DNA of 64,000 nucleotides from Auanema rhodensis. Its lineage: Eukaryota; Animalia; Nematoda. The stretch lies in NCBI GenBank assembly GCA_964057225.1, contig OZ059895.1, positions 20,708,001 to 20,772,000 of the forward strand, in the 5' to 3' direction. The position numbers were made by a program, and so were the translations under genes. The notes under the pieces were generated by a model. The model was not told the origin of the DNA, searched no databases, and saw only the letters and a program-made list of their open reading frames with translations. Shown here one piece after another: positions 39,701-55,299 of this stretch (positions within the stretch are counted from its first letter, which is position 1; the number at the start of each line of letters is the position of its first letter).

Positions 39701-42700
39701 AACCATGACTTTAAAATTTACGTGAACTTTAATTTATGCTAATTAAGTGTACACATGATGTGCACTTGGTATGTAACTCGCTTCAAGTGAAAGATAAAGA
39801 GATGCGGTTTTCAAAATTAGATTTCGCATGTCCATATTAGTCTAAAAACAAATTTTTATTGATATTGGTGCATGGTAACCATGACTTTGAAAATTACGTG
39901 AACTTTAATTTATGCTAATTAAGTGTACACGTGATGTGCACTTGGTATGTAACTCGCTTCACGTCAAAGATAAAGAGATGCGGTTTTCAAAATTAGATTT
40001 CGCATGTCCATATAAGTCTCAAAACAAATTTTTATTGATATTGGTGCATGGTAACCATGACTTTGAAATTTACGTGAACTTTAATTTATGCTAATTAAGT
40101 GTACACATGCTGTGCACTTGGTATGTAACTCGCTTCACGTCAAAGATAAAGAGATGCGGTTTTCAAAATTAGATTCCCCATGTCCATATTAGTCTAAAAA
40201 CAAATTTTTATTAATATTGGTGCATGGTAACCATGACTTTAAAATTTACGTGAACTTTAATTTATGCTAATTAAGTGTACACGTGATGTGCACTTGGTAT
40301 GTAACTCGCTTCACGTGAAAGATAAAGAGATGCGGTTTTCAAAATTAGATTCCCCATGTCCATATTAGTCTAAAAACAAATTTTCATTGATATTGGTGCA
40401 TGGTAACCATGACTTTAAAATTTACGTGAACTTTAATTTATGCTAATTAAGTGTACACATGATGTGCACTTGGTATGTAACTCGCTTCACGTCAAAGATA
40501 AAGAGATGAGGTTTTCAAAATTAGATTCCCCATGTCCATATTAGTCTAAAAACAAATTTTTATTGATATTGGTGCATGGTAACCATGACTTTAAAATTTA
40601 CGTGAACTTTAATTTATGCTAATTAAGTGTACACATGATGTGCACTTGGTATGTAACTCGCTTCACGTCAAAGATAAAGAGATGCGGTTTTCAAAATTAG
40701 ATTCCCCATGTCCATATTAGTCTAAAAACAAATTTTTATTAATATTGGTGCATGGTAACCATGACTTTGAAATTTACGTGAACTTTAATTTATGCTAATT
40801 AAGTGTACACGTGATGTGCACTTGGTATGTAACTTGCTTCACGTGAAAGATAAAGAGATGCGGTTTTCAAAATTAGATTCCGCATGTCCATATTAGTCTA
40901 AAAACAAATTTTTATTGATATTGGTGCATGGTAACCATGACTTTGAAATTTACGTGAACTTTAATTTATGCTAATTAAGTGTACACATGATGTGCACTTG
41001 GTATGTAACTTGCTTCACGTGAAAGATAAAGAGATGCGGTTTTCAAAATTAGATTTCGCATGTCCATATTAGTCTAAAAACAAATTTTTATTGATATTGG
41101 TGCATGGTAACCATGACTTTGAAATTTACGTGAACTTTAATTTATGCTAATTAAGTGTACACGTGATGTGCACTTGGTATGTAACTTGCTTCACGTGAAA
41201 GATAAAGAGATGCGGTTTTCAAAATTAGATTTCGCATGTCCATATTAGTCTAAAAACAAATTTTTATTAATATTGGTGCATGGTAACCATGACTTTGAAA
41301 TTTACGTGAACTTTAATTTATGCTAATTAAGTGTACACGTGATGTGCACTTGGTATGTAACTTGCTTCACGTGAAAGATAAAGAGATGCGGTTTTCAAAA
41401 TTAGATTCCCCATGTCCATATTAGTCTAAAAACAAATTTTTATTAATATTGGTGCATGGTAACCATGACTTTGAAATTTACGTGAACTTTAATTTATGCT
41501 AATTAAGTGTACACATGATGTGCACTTGGTATGTAACTCGCTTCAAGTGAAAGATAAAGAGATGCGGTTTTCAAAATTAGATTTCGCATGTCCATATTAG
41601 TCTAAAAACAAATTTTTATTGATATTGGTGCATGGTAACCATGACTTTAAAATTTACGTGAACTTTAATTTATGCTAATTAAGTGTACACGTGATGTGCA
41701 CTTGGTATGTAACTCGCTTCAAGTGAAAGATAAAGAGATGCGGTTTTCAAAATTAGATTCCCCATGTCCATATTAGTCTAAAAACAAATTTTTATTGATA
41801 TTGGTGCATGGTAACCATGACTTTAAAATTTACGTGAACTTTAATTTATGCTAATTAAGTGTACACATGATGTGCACTTGGTATGTAACTCGCTTCAAGT
41901 GAAAGATAAAGAGATGCGGTTTTCAAAATTAGATTCCCCATGTCCATATTAGTCTAAAAACAAATTTTTATTGATATTGGTGCATGGTAACCATGACTTT
42001 AAAATTTACGTGAACTTTAATTTATGCTAATTAAGTGCACACATGATGTGCACTTGGTATGTAACTCGCTTCACGTCAAAGATAAAGAGATGCGGTTTTC
42101 AAAATTAGATTTCGCATGTCCATATTAGTCTAAAAACAAATTTTTATTGATATTGGTGCATGGTAACCATGACTTTGAAATTTACGTGAACTTTAATTTA
42201 TGCTAATTAAGTGTACACGTGATGTGCACTTGGTATGTAACTTGCTTCACGTGAAAGATAAAGAGATGCGGTTTTCAAAATTAGATTTCGCATGTCCATA
42301 TTAGTCTAAAAACAAATTTTTATTGATATTGGTGCATGGTAACCATGACTTTGAAATTTACGTGAACTTTAATTTATGCTAATTAAGTGTACACATGATG
42401 TGCACTTGGTATGTAACTCGCTTCAAGTGAAAGATAAAGAGATGCGGTTTTCAAAATTAGATTTCGCATGTCCATATTAGTCTAAAAACAAATTTTTATT
42501 GATATTGGTGCATGGTAACCATGACTTTAAAATTTACGTGAACTTTAATTTATGCTAATTTAGTGTACACATGATGTGCACTTGGTATGTAACTCGCTTC
42601 ACGTCAAAGATAAAGAGATGCGGTTTTCAAAATTAGATTCCCCATGTCCATATTAGTCTAAAAACAAATTTTTATTGATATTGGTGGATGGTAACCATGA

Positions 42701-45700
42701 CTTTGAAATTTACGTGAACTTTAATTTATGCTAATTAAGTGCACACATGATGTGCACTTGGTATGTAACTCGCTTCACGTGAAAGATAAAGGGATGCGGT
42801 TTTCAAAATTAGATTTCGCATGTCCATTTTAGTCTAAAAACAAATTGTTATTGATATTGGTGCATGGTAACCATGACTTTAAAATTTACGTGAACTTTAA
42901 TTTATGCTAATTAAGTGTACACATGATGTGCACTTGGTATGTAACTCGCTTCAAGTGAAAGATAAAGAGATGCGGTTTTCAAAATTAGATTTCGCATGTC
43001 CATATTAGTCTAAAAACAAATTTTTATTGATATTGGTGCATGGTAACCATGACTTTGAAAATTACGTGAACTTTAATTTATGCTAATTAAGTGTACACGT
43101 GATGTGCACTTGGTATGTAACTCGCTTCACGTCAAAGATAAAGAGATGCGGTTTTCAAAATTAGATTTCGCATGTCCATATAAGTCTCAAAACAAATTTT
43201 TATTGATATTGGTGCATGGTAACCATGACTTTGAAATTTACGTGAACTTTAATTTATGCTAATTAAGTGTACACATGCTGTGCACTTGGTATGTAACTCG
43301 CTTCACGTCAAAGATAAAGAGATGCGGTTTTCAAAATTAGATTCCCCATGTCCATATTAGTCTAAAAACAAATTTTTATTAATATTGGTGCATGGTAACC
43401 ATGACTTTAAAATTTACGTGAACTTTAATTTATGCTAATTAAGTGTACACGTGATGTGCACTTGGTATGTAACTCGCTTCACGTGAAAGATAAAGAGATG
43501 CGGTTTTCAAAATTAGATTCCCCATGTCCATATTAGTCTAAAAACAAATTTTTATTGATATTGGTGCATGGTAACCATGACTTTAAAATTTACGTGAACT
43601 TTAATTTATGCTAATTAAGTGTACACATGATGTGCACTTGGTATGTAACTCGCTTCAAGTGAAAGATAAAGAGATGCGGTTTTCAAAATTAGATTTCGCA
43701 TGTCCATATTAGTCTAAAAACAAATTTTTATTGATATTGGTGCATGGTAACCATGACTTTAAAATTTACGTGAACTTTAATTTATGCTAATTAAGTGTAC
43801 ACGTGATGTGCACTTGGTATGTAACTCGCTTCAAGTGAAAGATAAAGAGATGCGGTTTTCAAAATTAGATTCCCCATGTCCATATTAGTCTAAAAACAAA
43901 TTTTTATTGATATTGGTGCATGGTAACCATGACTTTAAAATTTACGTGAACTTTAATTTATGCTAATTAAGTGTACACATGATGTGCACTTGGTATGTAA
44001 CTCGCTTCAAGTGAAAGATAAAGAGATGCGGTTTTCAAAATTAGATTCCCCATGTCCATATTAGTCTAAAAACAAATTTTTATTGATATTGGTGCATGGT
44101 AACCATGACTTTAAAATTTACGTGAACTTTAATTTATGCTAATTAAGTGCACACATGATGTGCACTTGGTATGTAACTCGCTTCACGTCAAAGATAAAGA
44201 GATGCGGTTTTCAAAATTAGATTTCGCATGTCCATATTAGTCTAAAAACAAATTTTTATTGATATTGGTGCATGGTAACCATGACTTTGAAATTTACGTG
44301 AACTTTAATTTATGCTAATTAAATGTACACGTGATGTGCACTTGGTATGTAACTTGCTTCACGTGAAAGATAAAGAGATGCGGTTTTCAAAATTAGATTT
44401 CGCATGTCCATATTAGTCTAAAAACAAATTTTTATTGATATTGGTGCATGGTAACCATGACTTTGAAATTTACGTGAACTTTAATTTATGCTAATTAAGT
44501 GCACACATGATGTGCACTTGGTATGTAACTCGCTTCACGTGAAAGATAAAGGGATGCGGTTTTCAAAATTAGATTTCGCATGTCCATTTTAGTCTAAAAA
44601 CAAATTGTTATTGATATTGGTGCATGGTAACCATGACTTTAAAATTTACGTGAACTTTAATTTATGCTAATTAAGTGTACACATGATGTGCACTTGGTAT
44701 GTAACTCGCTTCAAGTGAAAGATAAAGAGATGCGGTTTTCAAAATTAGATTTCGCATGTCCATATTAGTCTAAAAACAAATTTTTATTGATATTGGTGCA
44801 TGGTAACCATGACTTTGAAAATTACGTGAACTTTAATTTATGCTAATTAAGTGTACACGTGATGTGCACTTGGTATGTAACTCGCTTCACGTCAAAGATA
44901 AAGAGATGCGGTTTTCAAAATTAGATTTCGCATGTCCATATAAGTCTCAAAACAAATTTTTATTGATATTGGTGCATGGTAACCATGACTTTGAAATTTA
45001 CGTGAACTTTAATTTATGCTAATTAAGTGTACACATGATGTGCACTTGGTATGTAACTCGCTTCAAGTGAAAGATAAATAGATGCGGTTTTCAAAATTAG
45101 ATTTCGCATGTCCATATTAGTCTAAAAACAAATTTTTATTGATATTGGTGCATGGTAACCATGACTTTGAAATTTACGTGAACTTTAATTTATGCTAATT
45201 AAGTGTACACGTGATGTGCACTTGGTATGTAACTTGCTTCACGTGAAAGATAAAGAGATGCGGTTTTCAAAATTAGATTCCGCATGTCCATATTAGTCTA
45301 AAAACAAATTGTTATTGATATTGGTGCATGGTAACCATGACTTTAAAATTTACGTGAACTTTAATTTATGCTAATTAAGTGTACACGTGATGTGCACTTG
45401 GTATGTAACTTGCTTCACGTGAAAGATAAAGAGATGCGGTTTTCAAAATTAGATTTCGCATGTCCATATTAGTCTAAAAACAAATTGTTATTGATATTGG
45501 TGCATGGTAACCATGACTTTAAAATTTACGTGAACTTTAATTTATGCTAATTAAGTGTACACGTGATGTGCACTTGGTATGTAACTCGCTTCACGTCAAA
45601 GATAAAGAGATGCGGTTTTCAAAATTAGATTTCGCATGTCCATATAAGTCTCAAAACAAATTTTTATTGATATTGGTGCATGGTAACCATGACTTTGAAA

Positions 45701-48700
45701 TTTACGTGAACTTTAATTTATGCTAATTAAGTGTACACATGCTGTGCACTTGGTATGTAACTCGCTTCACGTCAAAGATAAAGAGATGCGGTTTTCAAAA
45801 TTAGATTCCCCATGTCCATATTAGTCTGAAAACAAATTTTATTAATATTGGTGCATGGTAACCATGACTTTAAAATTTACGTGAACTTTAATTTATGCTA
45901 ATTAAGTGTACACGTGATGTGCACTTGGTATGTAACTCGCTTCACGTGAAAGATAAAGAGATGCGGTTTTCAAAATTAGATTCCCCATGTCCATATTAGT
46001 CTAAAAACAAATTTTCATTGATATTGGTGCATGGTAACCATGACTTTAAAATTTACGTGAACTTTAATTTATGCTAATTAAGTGTACACATGATGTGCAC
46101 TTGGTATGTAACTCGCTTCACGTCAAAGATAAAGAGATGAGGTTTTCAAAATTAGATTCCCCATGTCCATATTAGTCTACAAACAAATTTTTATTGATAT
46201 TGGTGCATGGTAACCATGACTTTAAAATTTACGTGAACTTTAATTTATGCTAATTAAGTGTACAAATGATGTGCGCTTGGTATGTAACTCTCTTCACGTG
46301 AAAGATAAAGAGATGCGGTTTTCAAAATTAGATTCCTCATGTCCATATTAGTCTAAAAACGAATTTTTATTGATATTGGTGCATGGTAACCATGACTTTA
46401 AAATTTACGTGAACTTTAATTTATGCTAATTAAGTGTACACATGATGTGCACTTGGTATGTAACTCGCTTCACGTGAAAGATAAAGAGATGCGGTTTTCA
46501 AAATTAGATTCCCCATGTCCATATTAGTCTAAAAACAAATTTTTATTGATATTGGTGCATGGTAACCATGACTTTAAAATTTACGTGAACTTTAATTTAT
46601 GCTAATTAAGTGTACACATGATGTGCACTTGGTATGTAACTCGCTTCACGTGAAAGATAAAGAGATGCGGTTTTCAAAATTAGATTCCCCATGTCCATAT
46701 TAGTCTAAAAACATATTTTTATTAATATTGGTGCATGGTAACCATGACTTTGAAATTTACGTGAACTTTAATTTATGCTAATTAAGTGTACACATGATGT
46801 GCACTTGGTATGTAACTCGCTTCACGTGAAAGATAAAGAGATGCGGTTTTCAAAATTAGATTCCCCATGTCCATATTAGTCTAAAAACAAATTTTTATTG
46901 ATATTGGTGCATGGTAACCATGACTTTAAAATTTACGTGAACTTTAATTTATGCTAATTAAGTGTACACATGATGTGCACTTGGTATGTAACTCGCTTCA
47001 CGTCAAAGATAAAGAGATGAGGTTTTCAAAATTAGATTCCCCATGTCCATATTAGTCTAAAAACAAATTTTTATTGATATTGGTGCATGGTAACCATGAC
47101 TTTAAAATTTACGTGAACTTTAATTTATGCTAATTAAGTGTACACATGATGTGCACTTGGTATGTAACTCGCTTCACGTCAAAGATAAAGAGATGCGGTT
47201 TTCAAAATTAGATTCCCCATGTCCATATTAGTCTAAAAACAAATTTTTATTAATATTGGTGCATGGTAACCATGACTTTGAAATTTACGTGAACTTTAAT
47301 TTATGCTAATTAAGTGTACACATGATGTGCACTTGGTATGTAACTCGCTTCAAGTGAAAGATAAAGAGATGCGGTTTTCAAAATTAGATTTCGCATGTCC
47401 ATATTAGTCTAAAAACAAATTTTTATTGATATTGGTGCATGGTAACCATGACTTTAAAATTTACGTGAACTTTAATTTATGCTAATTAAGTGTACACATG
47501 ATGTGCACTTGGTATGTAACTCGCTTCACGTCAAAGATAAAGAGATGCGGTTTTCAAAATTAGATTCCCCATGTCCATATAAGTCTAAAAACAAATTTTT
47601 ATTAATATTGGTGCATGGTAACCATGACTTTGAAATTTACGTGAACTTTAATTTATGCTAATTAAGTGTACACATGCTGTGCACTTGGTATGTAACTCGC
47701 TTCACGTTAAAGATAAAGAGATGCGGTTTTCAAAATTAGATTCCCCATGTCCATATTAGTCTAAAAACAATTTTTTATCAATATTGGTGCATGGTAACCA
47801 TGACTTTGAAATTTACGTGAACTTTAATTTATGCTAATTAAGTGTACAAATGATGTGCGCTTGGTATGTAACTCTCTTCACGTGAAAGATAAAGAGATGC
47901 GGTTTTCAAAATTAGATTCCTCATGTCCATATTAGTCTAAAAACGAATTTTTATTGATATTGGTGCATGGTAACTATGACTTTGAAATTTACGTGAACTT
48001 TAATTTATGCTAATTAAGTGTACACATGATGTGCACTTGGTATGTAACTCGCTTCACGTCAAAGATAAAGAGATGCGGTTTTCAAAATTAGATTCCCCAT
48101 GTCCATATTAGTCTAAAAACAAATTTTTATTAATATTGGTGCATGGTAACCATGACTTTGAAATTTACGTGAACTTTAATTTATGCTAATTAAGTGTACA
48201 CATGATGTGCACTTGGTATGTAACTCGCTTCAAGTGAAAGATAAAGAGATGCGGTTTTCAAAATTAGTTTTCGCATGTCCATATTAGTCTAAAAACAAAT
48301 TTTTATTGATATTGGTGCATGGTAACCATGACTTTAAAATTTACGTGAACTTTAATTTATGCTAATTAAGTGTACACATGATGTGCACTTGGTATGTAAC
48401 TCGCTTCACGTCAAAGATAAAGAGATGCGGTTTTCAAAATTAGATTCCCCATGTCCATATAAGTCTAAAAACAAATTTTTATTAATATTGGTGCATGGTA
48501 ACCATGACTTTGAAATTTACGTGAACTTTAATTTATGCTAATTAAGTGTACACATGCTGTGCACTTGATATGTAACTCGCTTCACGTTAAAGATAAAGAG
48601 ATGCGGTTTTCAAAATTAGATTCCCCATGTCCATATTAGTCTAAAAACAATTTTTTATCAATATTGGTGCATGGTAACCATGACTTTGAAATTTACGTGA

Positions 48701-51700
48701 ACTTTAATTTATGCTAATTAAGTGTACAAATGATGTGCGCTTGGTATGTAACTCTCTTCACGTGAAAGATAAAGAGATGCGGTTTTCAAAATTAGATTCC
48801 TCATGTCCATATTAGTCTAAAAACGAATTTTTATTGATATTGGTGCATGGTAACTATGACTTTGAAATTTACGTGAACTTTAATTTATGCTAATTAAGTG
48901 TACACATGATGTGCACTTGGTATGTAACTCGCTTCAAGTGAAAGATAAAGAGATGCGCTTTTCAAAATTAGATTTCGCATGTCCATATTAGTCTAAAAAC
49001 AAATTTTTATTGATATTGGTGCATGGTAACCATGACTTTAAAATTTACGTGAACTTTAATTTATGCTAATTAAGTGTACACATGATGTGCACTTGATATG
49101 TAACTCGCTTCACGTCAAAGATAAAGAGATGCGGTTTTCAAAATTAGATTCCCCATGTCCATGTTAGTCTAAAAACAAATTTCTATTAATATTGGTGCAT
49201 GGTAACTATGACTTTGAAATTTACGTGAACTTTAATTTATGCTAATTAAGTGTACACATGATGTGCACTTGGTATGTAACTCGCTTCAAGTGAAAGATAA
49301 AGAGATGCGCTTTTCAAAATTAGATTTCGCATGTCCATATTAGTCTAAAAACAAATTTTTATTGATATTGGTGCATGGTAACCATGACTTTAAAATTTAC
49401 GTGAACTTTAATTTATGCTAATTAAGTGTACACATGATGTGCACTTGGTATGTAACTCGCTTCACGTCAAAGATAAAGAGATGCGGTTTTCAAAATTAGA
49501 TTCCCCATGTCCATATTAGTCTAAAAACAAATTTTTATGAATATTGGTGCATGGTAACCATGACTTTGAAATTTACGTGAACTTTAATTTATGCTAATTA
49601 AGTGTACACATGATGTGCACTTGGTATGTAACTCGCTTCACGTCAAAGATAAAGAGATGCGGTTTTCAAAATTAGATTCCCCATGTCCATATTAGTCTAA
49701 AAACAATTTTTTATCAATATTGGTGCATGGTAACCATGACTTTGAAATTTACGTGAACTTTAATTTTTGCTAATTAAGTGTACACATGATGTGCACTTGG
49801 TATGTAACTCGCTTCAAGTGAAAGATAAAGAGATGCGGTTTTCAAAATTAGATTTCGCATGTCCATATTAGTCTAAAAACAAATTTTTATTGATATTGGT
49901 GCATGGTAACCATGACTTTGAAAATTACGTGAACTTTAATTTATGCTAATTAAGTGTACACGTGATGTGCACTTGGTATGTAACTCGCTTCACGTCAAAG
50001 ATAAAGAGATGCGGTTTTCAAAATTAGATTTCGCATGTCCATATAAGTCTCAAAACAAATTTTTATTGATATTGGTGCATGGTAACCATGACTTTGAAAT
50101 TTACGTGAACTTTAATTTATGCTAATTAAGTGTACACATGCTGTGCACTTGGTATGTAACTCGCTTCACGTCAAAGATAAAGAGATGCGGTTTTCAAAAT
50201 TAGATTCCCCATGTCCATATTAGTCTAAAAACAAATTTTTATTAATATTGGTGCATGGTAACCATGACTTTAAAATTTACGTGAACTTTAATTTATGCTA
50301 ATTAAGTGTACACGTGATGTGCACTTGGTATGTAACTCGCTTCACGTGAAAGATAAAGAGATGCGGTTTTCAAAATTAGATTCCCCATGTCCATATTAGT
50401 CTAAAAACAAATTTTTATTGATATTGGTGCATGGTAACCATGACTTTAAAATTTACGTGAACTTTAATTTATGCTAATTAAGTGTACACATGATGTGCAC
50501 TTGGTATGTAACTCGCTTCAAGTGAAAGATAAAGAGATGCGGTTTTCAAAATTAGATTTCGCATGTCCATATTAGTCTAAAAACAAATTTTTATTGATAT
50601 TGGTGCATGGTAACCATGACTTTAAAATTTACGTGAACTTTAATTTATGCTAATTAAGTGTACACGTGATGTGCACTTGGTATGTAACTCGCTTCAAGTG
50701 AAAGATAAAGAGATGCGGTTTTCAAAATTAGATTCCCCATGTCCATATTAGTCTAAAAACAAATTTTTATTGATATTGGTGCATGGTAACCATGACTTTA
50801 AAATTTACGTGAACTTTAATTTATGCTAATTAAGTGTACACATGATGTGCACTTGGTATGTAACTCGCTTCACGTGAAAGATAAAGGGATGCGGTTTTCA
50901 AAATTAGATTTCGCATGTCCATTTTAGTCTAAAAACAAATTTTTATTGATATTGGTGCATGGTAACCATGACTTTAAAATTTACGTGAACTTTAATTTAT
51001 GCTAATTAAGTGCACACATGATGTGCACTTGGTATGTAACTCGCTTCACGTCAAAGATAAAGAGATGCGGTTTTCAAAATTAGATTTCGCATGTCCATAT
51101 TAGTCTAAAAACAAATTTTTATTGATATTGGTGCATGGTAACCATGACTTTGAAAATTACGTGAACTTTAATTTATGCTAATTAAGTGTACACGTGATGT
51201 GCACTTGGTATGTAACTCGCTTCACGTCAAAGATAAAGAGATGCGGTTTTCAAAATTAGATTTCGCATGTCCATATAAGTCTCAAAACAAATTTTTATTG
51301 ATATTGGTGCATGGTAACCATGACTTTGAAATTTACGTGAACTTTAATTTATGCTAATTAAGTGTACACATGCTGTGCACTTGGTATGTAACTCGCTTCA
51401 CGTCAAAGATAAAGAGATGCGGTTTTCAAAATTAGATTTCGCATGTCCATATAAGTCTCAAAACAAATTTTTATTGATATTGGTGCATGGTAACCATGAC
51501 TTTGAAATTTACGTGAACTTTAATTTATGCTAATTAAGTGTACACGTGATGTGCACTTGGTATGTAACTCGCTTCACGTCAAAGATAAAGAGATGCGGTT
51601 TTCAAAATTAGATTTCGCATGTCCATATTAGTCTAAAAACAAATTTTTATTGATATTGGTGCATGGTAACCATGACTTTAAAATTTACGTGAACTTTAAT

Positions 51701-54700
51701 TTATGCTAATTTAGTGTACACATGATGTGCACTTGGTATGTAACTCGCTTCACGTCAAAGATAAAGAGATGCGGTTTTCAAAATTAGATTCCCCATGTCC
51801 ATATTAGTCTAAAAACAAATTTTTATTGATATTGGTGGATGGTAACCATGACTTTGAAATTTACGTGAACTTTAATTTATGCTAATTAAGTGCACACATG
51901 ATGTGCACTTGGTATGTAACTCGCTTCACGTGAAAGATAAAGGGATGCGGTTTTCAAAATTAGATTTCGCATGTCCATTTTAGTCTAAAAACAAATTGTT
52001 ATTGATATTGGTGCATGGTAACCATGACTTTAAAATTTACGTGAACTTTAATTTATGCTAATTAAGTGTACACATGATGTGCACTTGGTATGTAACTCGC
52101 TTCAAGTGAAAGATAAAGAGATGCGGTTTTCAAAATTAGATTTCGCATGTCCATATTAGTCTAAAAACAAATTTTTATTGATATTGGTGCATGGTAACCA
52201 TGACTTTGAAAATTACGTGAACTTTAATTTATGCTAATTAAGTGTACACGTGATGTGCACTTGGTATGTAACTCGCTTCACGTCAAAGATAAAGAGATGC
52301 GGTTTTCAAAATTAGATTTCGCATGTCCATATAAGTCTCAAAACAAATTTTTATTGATATTGGTGCATGGTAACCATGACTTTGAAATTTACGTGAACTT
52401 TAATTTATGCTAATTAAGTGTACACATGCTGTGCACTTGGTATGTAACTCGCTTCACGTCAAAGATAAAGAGATGCGGTTTTCAAAATTAGATTCCCCAT
52501 GTCCATATTAGTCTAAAAACAAATTTTTATTAATATTGGTGCATGGTAACCATGACTTTAAAATTTACGTGAACTTTAATTTATGCTAATTAAGTGTACA
52601 CGTGATGTGCACTTGGTATGTAACTCGCTTCACGTGAAAGATAAAGAGATGCGGTTTTCAAAATTAGATTCCCCATGTCCATATTAGTCTAAAAACAAAT
52701 TTTTATTGATATTGGTGCATGGTAACCATGACTTTAAAATTTACGTGAACTTTAATTTATGCTAATTAAGTGCACACATGATGTGCACTTGGTATGTAAC
52801 TCGCTTCACGTCAAAGATAAAGAGATGCGGTTTTCAAAATTAGATTTCGCATGTCCATATTAGTCTAAAAACAAATTTTTATTGATATTGGTGCATGGTA
52901 ACCATGACTTTAAAATTTACGTGAACTTTAATTTATGCTAATTTAGTGTACACATGATGTGCACTTGGTATGTAACTCGCTTCACGTCAAAGATAAAGAG
53001 ATGCGGTTTTCAAAATTAGATTCCCCATGTCCATATTAGTCTAAAAACAAATTTTTATTGATATTGGTGGATGGTAACCATGACTTTGAAATTTACGTGA
53101 ACTTTAATTTATGCTAATTAAGTGCACACATGATGTGCACTTGGTATGTAACTCGCTTCACGTGAAAGATAAAGGGATGCGGTTTTCAAAATTAGATTTC
53201 GCATGTCCATTTTAGTCTAAAAACAAATTGTTATTGATATTGGTGCATGGTAACCATGACTTTAAAATTTACGTGAACTTTAATTTATGCTAATTAAGTG
53301 TACACATGATGTGCACTTGGTATGTAACTCGCTTCAAGTGAAAGATAAAGAGATGCGGTTTTCAAAATTAGATTTCGCATGTCCATATTAGTCTAAAAAC
53401 AAATTTTTATTGATATTGGTGCATGGTAACCATGACTTTGAAAATTACGTGAACTTTAATTTATGCTAATTAAGTGTACACGTGATGTGCACTTGGTATG
53501 TAACTCGCTTCACGTCAAAGATAAAGAGATGCGGTTTTCAAAATTAGATTTCGCATGTCCATATAAGTCTCAAAACAAATTTTTATTGATATTGGTGCAT
53601 GGTAACCATGACTTTGAAATTTACGTGAACTTTAATTTATGCTAATTAAGTGTACACATGCTGTGCACTTGGTATGTAACTCGCTTCACGTCAAAGATAA
53701 AGAGATGCGGTTTTCAAAATTAGATTCCCCATGTCCATATTAGTCTGAAAACAAATTTTATTAATATTGGTGCATGGTAACCATGACTTTAAAATTTACG
53801 TGAACTTTAATTTATGCTAATTAAGTGTACACGTGATGTGCACTTGGTATGTAACTCGCTTCACGTGAAAGATAAAGAGATGCGGTTTTCAAAATTAGAT
53901 TCCCCATGTCCATATTAGTCTAAAAACAAATTTTCATTGATATTGGTGCATGGTAACCATGACTTTAAAATTTACGTGAACTTTAATTTATGCTAATTAA
54001 GTGTACACATGATGTGCACTTGGTATGTAACTCGCTTCACGTCAAAGATAAAGAGATGAGGTTTTCAAAATTAGATTCCCCATGTCCATATTAGTCTAAA
54101 AACAAATTTTTATTGATATTGGTGCATGGTAACCATGACTTTAAAATTTACGTGAACTTTAATTTATGCTAATTAAGTGTACAAATGATGTGCGCTTGGT
54201 ATGTAACTCTCTTCACGTGAAAGATAAAGAGATGCGGTTTTCAAAATTAGATTCCTCATGTCCATATTAGTCTAAAAACGAATTTTTATTGATATTGGTG
54301 CATGGTAACCATGACTTTAAAATTTACGTGAACTTTAATTTATGCTAATTAAGTGTACACATGATGTGCACTTGGTATGTAACTCGCTTCACGTGAAAGA
54401 TAAAGAGATGCGGTTTTCAAAATTAGATTCCCCATGTCCATATTAGTCTAAAAACAAATTGTTATTGATATTGGTGCATGGTAACCATGACTTTAAAATT
54501 TACGTGAACTTTAATTTATGCTAATTAAGTGTACACATGATGTGCACTTGGTATGTAACTCGCTTCACGTGAAAGATAAAGAGATGCGGTTTTCAAAATT
54601 AGATTCCCCATGTCCATATTAGTCTAAAAACATATTTTTATTAATATTGGTGCATGGTAACCATGACTTTGAAATTTACGTGAACTTTAATTTATGCTAA

Positions 54701-55299
54701 TTAAGTGTACACATGATGTGCACTTGGTATGTAACTCGCTTCACGTGAAAGATAAAGAGATGCGGTTTTCAAAATTAGATTCCCCATGTCCATATTAGTC
54801 TAAAAACGAATTTTTATTGATATTGGTGAATGGTAACCATGACTTTAAAATTTACGTGAACTTCAATTTATGCTAATTAAGTGTACACGTGATGTGCACT
54901 TGGTATGTAACTCGCTTCACGTGAAAGATAAAGGGATGCGGTTTTCAAAATTAGATTCCCCATGTCCATATTAGTCTAAAAACAAATTTTTATTGATATT
55001 GATGCATGGTAACCATGACTTTAAAATTTACGTGAACTTCAATTTATGCTAATTAAGTGTACACGTGATGTGCACTTGGTATGTAACTCGCTTCACGTGA
55101 AAGATGAAGAGATGCGGTTTTCAAAATTAGATTCCTCATGTCCATATTAGTCTAAAAACGAATTTTTATTGATATTGATGCATGGTAACCATGACTTTGA
55201 AATTTACGTGAACTTTAATTTATGCTTATTAAGTGTACACGTGATGTGCACTTGGTATGTAACTCGCTTCACGTGAAATATAAAGGGATGCGGTTTTCA